IMG/VR virus record: IMGVR_UViG_3300028800_000001
Location: 263,296 to 327,295 of that record
Direction: 5' to 3' (one strand)
DNA length: 64,000 nucleotides
Made by a program: the position numbers and the translations under genes
Notes under the pieces: generated by a model
Told to the model about the DNA's origin: nothing
Database searches by the model: none
What the model saw: the letters and a program-made list of their open reading frames with translations, nothing else
Shown here: piece by piece, positions 9,871 to 19,141 of the stretch
How the letters are laid out: each line of letters opens with the position of its first letter
How positions within the stretch are numbered: position 1 is the first letter of the stretch

Positions 9871-10493
9871 TCGGACTCCTCAACTTCAGCCAGAACGCGC
9901 TCCAGCGCAATTAATTGTTCATTGGAAAGTTTTTCCAGATCAATTGTTAGCTTGTTATGGGTGACGCTTTCTGAGAGCCCTGGAATGTTCTCCATCGCAA
10001 TTTGTTCCGTTGCTGCACCACGTGCCACACGCTCCAGGGAGGAAGCTTCTTTAAAGAGCATGACAGCAGCAGTGGCTCCAAAACGTTTCTCTTTAATCAG
10101 ATCAGTGATTTGCTGTGCTGCTTTAATTGCCATACCAGAGCCGAGTGTGGCATGATTCTCATTCATCTTCTCAATTTCAGCATCACGCTTGCGCTTTTTC
10201 TCTTCTAATTGCTCTTTATCATAGCTACGCACCTGCTCTTGCCAGCCATAGGCACTGCTCCAAATGCCTATTTGCTTATGTGAAGAGCTAATTAATTTTT
10301 CTCTCTTCTCGTCCGTGACCTGTGGTGGAAAAACGCCACTGGCTAGCAGCCGTTCTTGTTCAGCACGCAGCCGCTCCTCCACCAATTGTTCAGCAAGCCT
10401 GCGCAAGCTTCTGGTGTAGCCTTGTTGTTTATAAAGTTCTAATGCATAGAGTGAACGGGTGGTTTCTTCACCCTTTGGCAGTTTACGCGCCAT
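9867..10493 (-). CDS. Putative terminase small subunit
   Basis: N-terminal RSLRRLAEQL helix, WSSAYGWQEQVRSYD motif, C-terminal DLEKLSNEQL typical of TerS-like proteins. Confidence 0.5.
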   Translation of the reverse strand: MARKLPKGEETTRSLYALELYKQQGYTRSLRRLAEQLVEERLRAEQERLLASGVFPPQVTDEKREKLISSSHKQIGIWSSAYGWQEQVRSYDKEQLEEKKRKRDAEIEKMNENHATLGSGMAIKAAQQITDLIKEKRFGATAAVMLFKEASSLERVARGAATEQIAMENIPGLSESVTHNKLTIDLEKLSNEQLIALERVLAEVEESE

Positions 10494-10610
10494 ACTTGTC
10501 TCCCCAAGAGATAGTTTTCTTTTTCGTATTTGGTATTTCTCTTTGAGAAGATTTGGAGATTTGATGGGGGATTAATTTTTGAGGTTGTTTCTTTTTCTAA
10601 GTATTTTTTA

Positions 10611-10850
10611 TTACATGGTCTCAATAGAGAGTTCGTTGTCCTTTTTTTTAATTTCTTTTGCCCATAAGACACTGGTGAGCGTTTGCAACAAATAGAGGAG
10701 AATCTTTTCATCAGGAAGATGTGTTTCCTCTTTTGCACCAGCAATAACGTTGCGTAATTCTTCCTGTTTTTCTCCTGTATAGGTAAACACCGATGCAGCA
10801 AAAGAAATAGTTCCGTATACCGTTGGCCCGTAGCCAATTTCTAGCGTCAT
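10611..10850 (-). CDS. Small hypothetical protein directly after the kinase-like effector (possible partner)
   Basis: 79 aa ORF, AGGAG RBS. Confidence 0.55.
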   Translation of the reverse strand: MTLEIGYGPTVYGTISFAASVFTYTGEKQEELRNVIAGAKEETHLPDEKILLYLLQTLTSVLWAKEIKKKDNELSIETM

Positions 10851-10865
10851 ATCATCTCCTTTTTT

Positions 10866-11816
10866 TTAATCAGTAAAGAAGGAAGCAGGTTTTCTTTTTT
10901 TGGCGTCCCTACTCTCCCATGGAATTGTTGCAATGACCGCATTCAATGCATTCATCGTCGGATCTTTTTTGCTTTTACTCAGTAGTGCAATTGCATGCAA
11001 ACGTAACTCCAATGCTTTGATCGTACGATCATTCGCTCCAGTGTAACGTGCCATCCGTACAATTTCGTCAGCATGCTCTACAAAAGATCTGAGTACTTTT
11101 TTATTAAATGGCTTCTCGTTTGGATCAGTAGAGCGGGTACCTGTCGCATCTTTAAAAGGGGGCGTGGTGTAATTCGTTGCAATCTTTGACTCAAAGTCAT
11201 TGGTAATTTCATCAGTGCGCAAAGCAAGTCCCATATCGATAAGTTTTAATCCCTTCTCGCCTTTTTGTGTTGAATCAACTAAATAGTTCCCTAAATGACG
11301 ATCACGATCATGAACGACATACTCATAGAGACGAAGTTTCGCATAATTCTCTATACTTAATTTGCTCACCGCAGCCACGCGCTGTTCTTTTGAGAGTGCA
11401 AGCATTGGTGTTCCCTCAACCCACGGCTGGACAGTAACATCTTGTCCATTACGTGCCATTTTTTGCACTGGAAGAGTAAAGTCGCTCACTCCAAGCACGT
11501 CAGCCGTCTTCGATGAAAAAACTGCACGTTCTTCCTGATTGGAAATGCCCATTGCGTCTGCTTCATCGCTGTTCTTTTTTACCAAATAGTTTTTTCCAGC
11601 AATGGTTGTCTTGTAGGTTGCATTCAAACTATCGCCACGCCCAAATTGCTGCAATGATGCTGTTTGAAGTTGCCCCTGGCTAGGAAAGCGTTTATCACTA
11701 TTTGGAGTCATATCTAGAGCCGAAGGCGATGACGCAAATCGACCATCTTCCTCATCGTGATAATAATTGTACTTGCGCTGATAGGCATATCTTCGTAACC
11801 GTACGGCTCGCGGCAT
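10866..11816 (-). CDS. PI3/4-kinase / HipA-like kinase effector with KYN leader
   Basis: RKYNYYHDEEDGRF leader; LVKK, EERA, DRDRHLGNYL and LIDMG kinase motifs; RBS before ATG 11816. Confidence 0.75.
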   Translation of the reverse strand: MPRAVRLRRYAYQRKYNYYHDEEDGRFASSPSALDMTPNSDKRFPSQGQLQTASLQQFGRGDSLNATYKTTIAGKNYLVKKNSDEADAMGISNQEERAVFSSKTADVLGVSDFTLPVQKMARNGQDVTVQPWVEGTPMLALSKEQRVAAVSKLSIENYAKLRLYEYVVHDRDRHLGNYLVDSTQKGEKGLKLIDMGLALRTDEITNDFESKIATNYTTPPFKDATGTRSTDPNEKPFNKKVLRSFVEHADEIVRMARYTGANDRTIKALELRLHAIALLSKSKKDPTMNALNAVIATIPWESRDAKKRKPASFFTD

Positions 11817-11895
11817 CTTACATCTCTCCTGATACAAAAGGATAATTAATTATTTATTTTGTGAGTGCGAGACATTTCTTTTTAAAATTAATTAT

Positions 11896-12174
11896 TTACA
11901 TCGTTTCGATATCATGTCTATCTTCTTTTTTCTCAGCCAAACTATCGGCAACAGGGGTTGCATCCTTTAGCCATTCTTGTAGTACGTCTTGAGAGTCGGT
12001 GTAAGGTTCCCACTCTTGTCTGCTTTGCAGTGTCGCAAGGGCATTGACTGGATACAGTTTTTTCTCATCACTGTAGTAGATTTGCCCCAGGTGTTGTGTA
12101 CGTCCATAGAGCATTCCTGTGCCCAGGTCAAGCAGGTAATACCCATCTTCGTCACGTCCAAGTATTTTTTTCAT
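11896..12174 (-). CDS. Small partner (putative immunity) protein
   Basis: GQIY...KKLYP...LATLQSRQEWEPY...QDVLQEWLK. Confidence 0.7.
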   Translation of the reverse strand: MKKILGRDEDGYYLLDLGTGMLYGRTQHLGQIYYSDEKKLYPVNALATLQSRQEWEPYTDSQDVLQEWLKDATPVADSLAEKKEDRHDIETM

Positions 12175-12187
12175 TTTCTTTTCTCCT

Positions 12188-13006
12188 TTAAAGCTTTACC
12201 GTAAATGGAATGCCTGCGCTGTTCAGTGCCTTTTTTATAGGGGCTGTTGGTGCTTTCCCATGAAAGGTAACACTTTTGATATCGCTTGTTGAGACTCCAC
12301 CATGCACCTGTGCTTCCATATATTCATTTGCCAGATCACGTGGTCGCAAGGGATCAATACCGTTATAGAGTGGATAAATGCGACTATCAGGATGCGTCAC
12401 TGGTTGTGGAATGACGCTTTCGTAGTGTCCACCAGAGGTCATTGCCAGTGAATCACCATAGGTCATAGTAGCACGATCTCGTGTTTCTGGCTTTAGTTCA
12501 ACAGCTACGTTCCCATATTGAGAAACATCTGCATCAGTATTGTCTCCATGAGTATCTTTTGAGAGATATCCATAAATGGGACGGTTCTCCACCCCTGCTT
12601 TTGCTTCATCAAATCCAAAGGCACCAGATTCTAGTTTATCTCTTGAATCTTTGGCAACGCTTCCGCCACTCTTGTTTGTCTCGAATTGACTTTTGAAGCG
12701 ACCGCCATCCAATATTTTTTGGAGTGCTGACGGTTTTACTCGTACAAAGAGTCCAGTATCTTTGACTGCATCTTGCGCTTGCTTATCAAGCGTTGCTTTG
12801 TAGGCATCAGGTGAGAGACCATGACGCTCCCCAAAGATTTCGTAACGCAGATGGGTGTTGTCAGCAAACTCAGAGGCCCAGTGCTCTGTAGGATGTACTC
12901 CCAGGCTTTCTAGTGTCTTGCCGGAACCACCCTCAGAAATAAATTCACCATTTGCATCGCTATGCGCATGATTGTATTTCCTTTGGACTGCGTAGCGAAA
13001 CCGCAT
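12188..13006 (-). CDS. DUF3626-like effector with KYN leader
   Basis: Start MRFRYAVQRKYNHAH after GGAGAG; RFKSQFET, RPIYGYL, TYGDS, YMEAQVHGG. Confidence 0.72.
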   Translation of the reverse strand: MRFRYAVQRKYNHAHSDANGEFISEGGSGKTLESLGVHPTEHWASEFADNTHLRYEIFGERHGLSPDAYKATLDKQAQDAVKDTGLFVRVKPSALQKILDGGRFKSQFETNKSGGSVAKDSRDKLESGAFGFDEAKAGVENRPIYGYLSKDTHGDNTDADVSQYGNVAVELKPETRDRATMTYGDSLAMTSGGHYESVIPQPVTHPDSRIYPLYNGIDPLRPRDLANEYMEAQVHGGVSTSDIKSVTFHGKAPTAPIKKALNSAGIPFTVKL

Positions 13007-13007
13007 A

Positions 13008-13220
13008 TTACTCTCCAACCTTCTTTGCCGTCTTGAGCCACTCATTGACTTTTTCTTGTACACCATCATAGGGCTCCCAGGCAGTTCCACGCGTGAGCAT
13101 CGTGGCAATGGATTGTGGTGGATACAAGAGATGTTTCTCTTGATCATAAATCTGGCCCATTTTTTCATCTTCAGTCAGGATGAAGCGTACTCCATCATCA
13201 GAGACAGCAAATATTTTCAT
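13008..13220 (-). CDS. Small partner (putative immunity) protein
   Basis: GQIYDQEKHLLYPPQSIATMLTRGTAWEPYDGVQEKVNEWLK; coupled between two effector genes. Confidence 0.7.
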   Translation of the reverse strand: MKIFAVSDDGVRFILTEDEKMGQIYDQEKHLLYPPQSIATMLTRGTAWEPYDGVQEKVNEWLKTAKKVGE

Positions 13221-13222
13221 GG

Positions 13223-14170
13223 CTATGATGCTCCTGCTACGCTATACGGAATATTTTCTCGTTGTAATAATTTAGTCAGCGCCGCGCTTGGTGCTTTACT
13301 ATGAAAGACAACGTGTGCAATGTGACTTTTTGAGACACCGCCATGCATTTGTGTTTCGGTGTACACATCTTTGATGAGTGAGGTATTTCCTTCTGGACTG
13401 TTATAATTGCTTGCTGCGGTCCCTGTTGGCTTGAGTACTGGATTAGGGAGCATTCGTGGTGCATCCTCACTTCCTCCTTCGTCAAGCGAATCGCCAAGTG
13501 TAAACGTACTTTTTGCCCTCACTTCAGGTTTGAAGCGGATTGCCACATCACCGTAAGCTGAGGCAAAGTTTTGTTCGCCATTTGCACCATCACTTAAATA
13601 CCCGTAAATTGGTCGATCTTCTGACTTGGTCTTTTGATCATAGCCAAACATCTGCTCTTCTTGTTCAGCTCGACTCTCAAGATAGTTGGTCAGTTTGATC
13701 TTATTGGCTCCAATAGCCGCGCCGGTCTTATTGGTTTCGAAGGCACTCTTAAAACGACCATCAGTAAGAATGCCTTGCAGTCCTTTGCTTGATGTTCGTG
13801 TCCATAACTCTCCAGGCGTTACCAGGGCAACAATGTGTGCATCTTCGCGTGCTTTGAGTGCATCAGCCGTGATAGGTTTTCCTAAATCCGTCCATGAGTC
13901 AGCAAAGTTCTTGAGTCGCTGATTGTACGTAGCTTCAAAATTCTTTGTCCAGGCGGCACTCGGATGCACATTTTTCAGCACCGGATCAAGTTGATTGTCA
14001 GGATGCTTTGGCCCCAGCGTTCGCGTTCCATCACGTGCGACAGAGATATGAGCTTCGCCAGCCGTTGAGAACTGTCCCAAATGATTGTGATGTGGGTTAT
14101 ATTTTTGTGCCCAGGCATGTGCCAACATCCGCATCCGTTTCATACGATCATAGAGAAAAATGTCTTCCAT
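13223..14170 (-). CDS. DUF3626-like effector with KYN leader
   Basis: QKYNPHHNHLGQFST leader; RFKSAFET, RPIYGYL, TLGDS, YTETQMHGG. Confidence 0.72.
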   Translation of the reverse strand: MEDIFLYDRMKRMRMLAHAWAQKYNPHHNHLGQFSTAGEAHISVARDGTRTLGPKHPDNQLDPVLKNVHPSAAWTKNFEATYNQRLKNFADSWTDLGKPITADALKAREDAHIVALVTPGELWTRTSSKGLQGILTDGRFKSAFETNKTGAAIGANKIKLTNYLESRAEQEEQMFGYDQKTKSEDRPIYGYLSDGANGEQNFASAYGDVAIRFKPEVRAKSTFTLGDSLDEGGSEDAPRMLPNPVLKPTGTAASNYNSPEGNTSLIKDVYTETQMHGGVSKSHIAHVVFHSKAPSAALTKLLQRENIPYSVAGAS

Positions 14171-14182
14171 CAGAGCTCCTTG

Positions 14183-14458
14183 CTATTTACTCGCATTTTT
14201 TCTTTTTGTTCGCATGTACGCTAATCGTTTTTCAAATTCTTCAGCAATAAGTTTATTGGTTTGATAAGTCAGATGCGGATGCCATCCTCCAGCTTCAGGA
14301 AGGCCATTGACAATACGTAAGATATCTTCAATCATTTTCATACGTTCGTGGCGAATAGCCTGATCAATGCTACGCAGTGTGACAAAGATACCAAACAGCA
14401 AGATCAGGAGGAAACAGCCAAGACTGATCAGGCCATGAGCCACGATCCATTGGCTCAC
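14183..14458 (-). CDS. Small membrane protein
   Basis: N-terminal hydrophobic helix; GGAG RBS. Confidence 0.5.
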   Translation of the reverse strand: MSQWIVAHGLISLGCFLLILLFGIFVTLRSIDQAIRHERMKMIEDILRIVNGLPEAGGWHPHLTYQTNKLIAEEFEKRLAYMRTKRKNASK

Positions 14459-14566
14459 GTAAAGCGCTCCTTTCGAAAGAAAAGCACAAAGTAGTGTTTG
14501 GAGGATTTTGTATTGGTGAAGAATTTGGAAGGATGTGTCTAGTATACCGCAGCGCGTGACAAAAGG

Positions 14567-15010
14567 CTATACTTTGTTGAGGGCTGTTGTGACTGCAATA
14601 GAAACGCCAGCCGCCGCGCCAATAATAAGAAACGTTTGACCATAGGCTTTGAGGATTCCAAGGCTACTCACACGTGCTTGCGCAATGAGCACTCCAAGTG
14701 CACAGGTGATGAGCGCACATAAGAGCAACGCAAGTGGTTTGGGCGCAAAAGCAAAAGGTAACGAAGGGAGCAGTATGCCAATACAAGAAGCAACACCGAT
14801 CACCAGGGCATACTTGACGGTGTTCACATTCGTCACATCAGAGAGATATGCCCCGCCTGTCATCGAAATACCAGAGGCCAGGGCCAATCCAACGGCTGAG
14901 AGTACTAATGCATGTGTATCACCGATGATGTATCCGGCTGCAATCACGCCAAGAATGCAGGTCATCCCATCAAAACTACCAAAGATGGCCTTACTGACGA
15001 TTTCCTTCAT
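14567..15010 (-). CDS. VIT1/CCC1-family membrane transporter-like protein
   Basis: IFGSFDG, GISMTGGAYLS, LLPSLPF motifs. Confidence 0.75.
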   Translation of the reverse strand: MKEIVSKAIFGSFDGMTCILGVIAAGYIIGDTHALVLSAVGLALASGISMTGGAYLSDVTNVNTVKYALVIGVASCIGILLPSLPFAFAPKPLALLLCALITCALGVLIAQARVSSLGILKAYGQTFLIIGAAAGVSIAVTTALNKV

Positions 15011-15386
15011 AATGCTGCTCCTTTAAGAGTTCTAGGATTTGGAGTTGTTGATGATTGATCTTCAGTAAAAGTGCATTTGTCTCATACATCTTTTCAACCT
15101 CTGCGGCTTCAATGGTGTCACGGGCACGATCTTTTCCAGCCTGTCTATTTTGACTCATGAGAATGAGCGGCGAGCTAAACGCTGCTTCTGCTGACATAAA
15201 GAGATTGCACAGAGTAAAGGGGTAACTGTCCCAATGATAGAACCAACCAACACTGTTGAGTAAAAACCAGAGAAAGAGCAACGCTGCCTGAATCAAGATA
15301 AAGTTCCAATTACCTAACGCTTTGACCGCACCATCAGCCAGCCGATCACCCGCGTCATGCGGAAGATGTATATTCATACGCTTCAC
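14991..15386 (-). CDS. DUF1003 membrane protein
   Basis: GDRLAD...G.W.FI, DSYPFTLCNL, PLILMSQNRQ. Confidence 0.85.
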   Translation of the reverse strand: MKRMNIHLPHDAGDRLADGAVKALGNWNFILIQAALLFLWFLLNSVGWFYHWDSYPFTLCNLFMSAEAAFSSPLILMSQNRQAGKDRARDTIEAAEVEKMYETNALLLKINHQQLQILELLKEQHYEGNRQ

Positions 15387-15760
15387 GCATCTGCTCCAAA
15401 TTCTGAGAGTGCTAACTTTGCTTCGTGTTCCTCCACCATGCGTTCAAGTTCTGCGGTCTCAATGCCATGTTCACGTAACATCTCAACCGCATACGTGACC
15501 AGAAAGAAGGCACTATCTAACAGCTTTTTGAGTTGCTCAAGATCATTGTCCATCAAGCGTTCCTCTCTTGACATGAATCCGAACTTTTGTGCATGTTCTG
15601 TTCCATCTTCTCCACGCAACCAGGAAAGAAGAAGTCCAGAAAAATCCTTGACTTCTCCCAGCCCGTAGGGTGGATCAGTGACACACAAATCGATAGAGTT
15701 TGTCTGAAGGTGACGTAAGACTTCTAAGCAATCGCCATGAATGACCGTATCAAGCATCAT
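15383..15760 (-). pseudogene. Truncated N6/N4 DNA methyltransferase remnant fused to unrelated C-terminus
   Basis: IHGDCLEVL...IDLCVTDPPY present; SAM-binding motif absent in only 125 aa. Confidence 0.6.
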
Positions 15761-16626
15761 TTTGTCCTTCTGGTCTTTTTGGTGGGATCAAACCTTTCTC
15801 CGGTTAACTGGCGTTGCATGCGTTCTTCTTCGCGTTCTAAGCGAAAGCGCTGAATACGTTCTATCTCATCACGTGGTGGCAAACATTTCCACATCTGCTG
15901 CATACTGTAGTACACAATAGAATAGCGAAACGAATCCTGTTCCAACTGTGTAATGGGCGTCACACCATGCAAAATGTTTTGGCCGTCAAACATGAGCAGC
16001 GAATTATTACGCAGTTCAAAGCCCAGGCCGTATTCAGGCACCGCAAGATAGCCACCAAGCACGTTGCGTTTAAGCACAATCATGTTTGACCACACATCAC
16101 GAAAGTTGCCTGCATCAAAGTGATAAGGGAGAGGATTATTTTTGTTCACGATGCCAGAGGTGAAGACGGATTCGTCAATCTTCCAATTTTCTAGCACTTT
16201 TTCGGTCATCTCCATGTGTTGTTGATAGAGCAGCGGCGCAAATTCTTGGTAGTAGTGCGCAACTTTGGCCGCATAACTCACAATGATGTCATGCTCATCA
16301 GGATGTTCTACATAACAACTCGTGGCAGTGCAGTAATCACGACGCAGCGTGTTGCGTGGCAAAAAGCCAACGGTGCGTGATTGAGCCATCATGCCACCTG
16401 TGCGTATCTCCAGCTTGTAGTCAATCGTTTGCAGTGCTTTGATCAGCGCGCTGTTATCTTCTTGTAAGAGGAGATAGACAATCTTTGGCTCAGCATTCCC
16501 TGGCTCATAGATCACTGTTGGTTCGCTGATCAGCGTGTCATAGTCTTCGTCTTGCGCATGACGCAATTTGTACTGCGAAAGATCAAGTTGCTTTTTTGTT
16601 GCAATCCTAGTGTAAAGATCTGCCAT
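15757..16626 (-). CDS. TET/JBP-like 2OG-Fe(II) dioxygenase (copy 2)
   Basis: YHFDAGN (HxD), LHGVTP (H), RYSIVYY (R). Confidence 0.8.
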   Translation of the reverse strand: MADLYTRIATKKQLDLSQYKLRHAQDEDYDTLISEPTVIYEPGNAEPKIVYLLLQEDNSALIKALQTIDYKLEIRTGGMMAQSRTVGFLPRNTLRRDYCTATSCYVEHPDEHDIIVSYAAKVAHYYQEFAPLLYQQHMEMTEKVLENWKIDESVFTSGIVNKNNPLPYHFDAGNFRDVWSNMIVLKRNVLGGYLAVPEYGLGFELRNNSLLMFDGQNILHGVTPITQLEQDSFRYSIVYYSMQQMWKCLPPRDEIERIQRFRLEREEERMQRQLTGERFDPTKKTRRTK

Positions 16627-17440
16627 ACGCACCTTCCCTGTACGGGTTTTCCATCCCCAAATCAATGCCCTGCTCTTCTAAGTAGCGCGCCAAAAAGAAT
16701 GCGAGCACATCTGGATTTGCTTTGATCTCTTCACGGGCGCGTACTTCGCGCAGGCCACTCACCATCCAGGCAAATTCGGAAGGGGAACAAATGAGCACAA
16801 TTTGCCGAATAAGCCCATTTTCAAATTGCTCACGATTTTTGCTTGGAACACCTCGATAGACCGGTGGTGGAATATCTTCAACGACCCGTGGCAAATAGGG
16901 GGCCAGTGGTGCTTCTTCACCATCATCCTCGTCTTCTTGCTCTTCTGAAATCACAGAGAGATAGGAAGGTGTCACAGCAGGACGTACCATTTCAGGCAGC
17001 GCTTCAACAGTTTTTGGAATACTTGCGAGCAAGGTTTGCAACTCTTGTTCTGAAGAGCCCAGTGCATTCAGATCAAAACCGGCTTCATTTTGTTCACGAA
17101 GTAATTGCAAAAACATCGTTTGGTCTACGTTTTGCTCATTATGAAGTCGGTTATCGGCCACTAGATAGGCTTCCACTTCACGCGGTGACCAGTTCTTCGG
17201 CAAAATGTCGGCACGTAACTCATCCCACTGGAGATAGAGTGCCGCCTCGACCACACCATGACCGGCAACCAGCAAATAGCGCTCATCGTCTTGCTCCTGG
17301 CACACAATAGAGCGTACCTGTCCGAAGCGCTTGAGACTGGCTGCAAGGCGCACAATATCCGCATTGGTATGGATTTTATAGTTTTTAGGATGTGCTCGCA
17401 CTGCGGCAAGCGGAACAATCTTATTCGTTTTGAAGTGCAT
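16607..17440 (-). CDS. ParB/Srx-like N-terminal domain protein
   Basis: HPKNYKIH, SLKRFGQ, LVAGHG, YLVADNR. Confidence 0.8.
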   Translation of the reverse strand: MHFKTNKIVPLAAVRAHPKNYKIHTNADIVRLAASLKRFGQVRSIVCQEQDDERYLLVAGHGVVEAALYLQWDELRADILPKNWSPREVEAYLVADNRLHNEQNVDQTMFLQLLREQNEAGFDLNALGSSEQELQTLLASIPKTVEALPEMVRPAVTPSYLSVISEEQEDEDDGEEAPLAPYLPRVVEDIPPPVYRGVPSKNREQFENGLIRQIVLICSPSEFAWMVSGLREVRAREEIKANPDVLAFFLARYLEEQGIDLGMENPYREGAYGRSLH

Positions 17441-17515
17441 CTTCTCTTCCTCGGTGCGCAGTGAATTAATTATTTTTTCACGCTCTTCTCTTTTTTATTT
17501 TTTAAAAATAATTAT

Positions 17516-17713
17516 TTATTTCTTTTCGCATTTACACTGTTGGAAGAAGGGGAAGCGCAACTCAGACTGCGAAACAAAGCTATGAAATACCAGTGCCCCG
17601 CCACAGCGTGTACAGATCAGGGCACACCAACCATGTGCAACATAGAAGAGCCGATCCCCTTGATGATAAATTCTGACTTCGCTATGCTTTTCGGTCAGTT
17701 CTCGCATACTCAT
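17516..17713 (-). CDS. Small Cys-containing hypothetical protein
   Basis: CTRC...CKC; ATGA overlap with upstream ParB gene. Confidence 0.4.
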   Translation of the reverse strand: MSMRELTEKHSEVRIYHQGDRLFYVAHGWCALICTRCGGALVFHSFVSQSELRFPFFQQCKCEKK

Positions 17714-18306
17714 CCTAGCCTCGTGATATCCACCAATGATAAGAGGACACGAAAACGCTCTGTGTCATCGGGCGCAACAATATGGCGCATGAGCCGTTCA
17801 TAGCGTTCTTTTATTTCTGGTGTAACACGCAAACGAATATACACTTCTTCTTTGGTTTCAAAAAAGATTTCCTGCTGTTCTAGCTTTGGCATACGGCTAT
17901 TTTGTAACAGCTTTTGTAGCTCACCATCATCGTAGCCTACAGAGAAGAGGTCAAACCCTTGCTGCTCTTGCAAGAGGTCAAGGAGCGCTACTTCATCATC
18001 TTCTGCCAGTTGGCTCAGGCGATTATCTGCTACCATGATTGCATTGATTTCAGTCGGTGCAAGATCTGGTGGCAAAATATCGATGTGTACCTCCTGTGCC
18101 CCTTCAGCACGCATTGCCTCCACCATTCCGTGTCCAGCTACAATAAGGTAGGTATTGGGCGCGCCTTGCTGCACAACAATACTACGGAATTGTCCAAAAC
18201 GCCGGTAACTGGCTTGTAAGTGTTTCATCTGTTTGGCTGGATGATGGCGATAATTGCCAGGGTGCGGATGTAGTTGCGTGAGGGCAACCCGTTTATTGGT
18301 GATCAT
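17710..18306 (-). CDS. ParB/Srx-like protein with possible C-terminal ribbon-helix-helix
   Basis: Likely start MITNKR; HPGNYRHH, RFGQ, IVAGHG, VADNR; YIRLRVTPEIKERY. Confidence 0.75.
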   Translation of the reverse strand: MITNKRVALTQLHPHPGNYRHHPAKQMKHLQASYRRFGQFRSIVVQQGAPNTYLIVAGHGMVEAMRAEGAQEVHIDILPPDLAPTEINAIMVADNRLSQLAEDDEVALLDLLQEQQGFDLFSVGYDDGELQKLLQNSRMPKLEQQEIFFETKEEVYIRLRVTPEIKERYERLMRHIVAPDDTERFRVLLSLVDITRLG

Positions 18307-19141
18307 GTTGCACCTTCTCAATGGTACTTTGTAATCGTTTTTCCTCACGCTCGGTACGCTTCTGGCGAATGCGTTGCATTTCTTGCCCAAGAGGCAAACA
18401 TTTCCACATACTTTGCAGTGAATAGTACACAATAGAGTAGCGATAGCCATCAGGGCGCGTTTGTGCAATAGGGGTTACCCCATGCAACAGGTTTTGTCCA
18501 TCGAACATGACCAGTGAATTATTTTTAACAGCAATGCCAAAGTTATATTCAGGAACCGACAAAAGACCACCACTGGTTCCTGCGCGAAAGACCAGCATAT
18601 TTGACCAGACGTGTTTGAAGTTTCCTGCATCAAAGTGATACGCCAGTGGGTTGTTTTTATTAATAATGCCAGAAGTAAAGACAGAGCGCTCAAGTGTCCA
18701 GTCTGGCAACACTTTTTCCACCTGCTGTTCGTGGTAACTATAGAGCTCTGGATTGTAGCGCTCGTAATAGGTTGCAACACGCTTTGCGTAGGACGTAATC
18801 AGGGCATGCGCCTGCGCACTATCGCGAGCCAGAGAAGAAACGGTACAAAAATCATCACGAATGGTGATGCGTGGACGAAAACCAAAGATACGACTTCGCG
18901 TCTTCATTCCACTGGTGCGCTCTTGCTCACGATACTCAATGCGCTTCAGGCAGTCAGTGATTGCACGACAATCATCATCGAGCTCTAGGTAGACAATAGA
19001 GACGCGTCCACTTTCTGCGTCGCGCACCACTGTAGACGTTTCAATGCGTTCTGCAAAGTCGGCTTCTGTGGCACTACGGAAGCGATAGGATTGCAAATCA
19101 ATGACACCGCGTGTGCGTGTCATCACCTGTGGCTCTTGCAT
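18293..19141 (-). CDS. TET/JBP-like 2OG-Fe(II) dioxygenase (copy 1)
   Basis: YHFDAGN, LHGVTP, RYSIVYY; close paralog of 15757..16626. Confidence 0.8.
   Translation of the reverse strand: MQEPQVMTRTRGVIDLQSYRFRSATEADFAERIETSTVVRDAESGRVSIVYLELDDDCRAITDCLKRIEYREQERTSGMKTRSRIFGFRPRITIRDDFCTVSSLARDSAQAHALITSYAKRVATYYERYNPELYSYHEQQVEKVLPDWTLERSVFTSGIINKNNPLAYHFDAGNFKHVWSNMLVFRAGTSGGLLSVPEYNFGIAVKNNSLVMFDGQNLLHGVTPIAQTRPDGYRYSIVYYSLQSMWKCLPLGQEMQRIRQKRTEREEKRLQSTIEKVQHDHQ

Noticed and set aside
13007-13168. N-terminal extension of ORF 12188..13168
   Set aside because: Overlaps the real small partner gene 13008..13220; the RBS supports ATG 13006
15383-15760. Functional DNA methyltransferase
   Set aside because: Only the DPPY half is present, with no SAM-binding motif
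18307-18468. N-terminal extension of ParB ORF 17710..18468
   Set aside because: Overlaps the dioxygenase 3' end; paralogs start at the position of 18306
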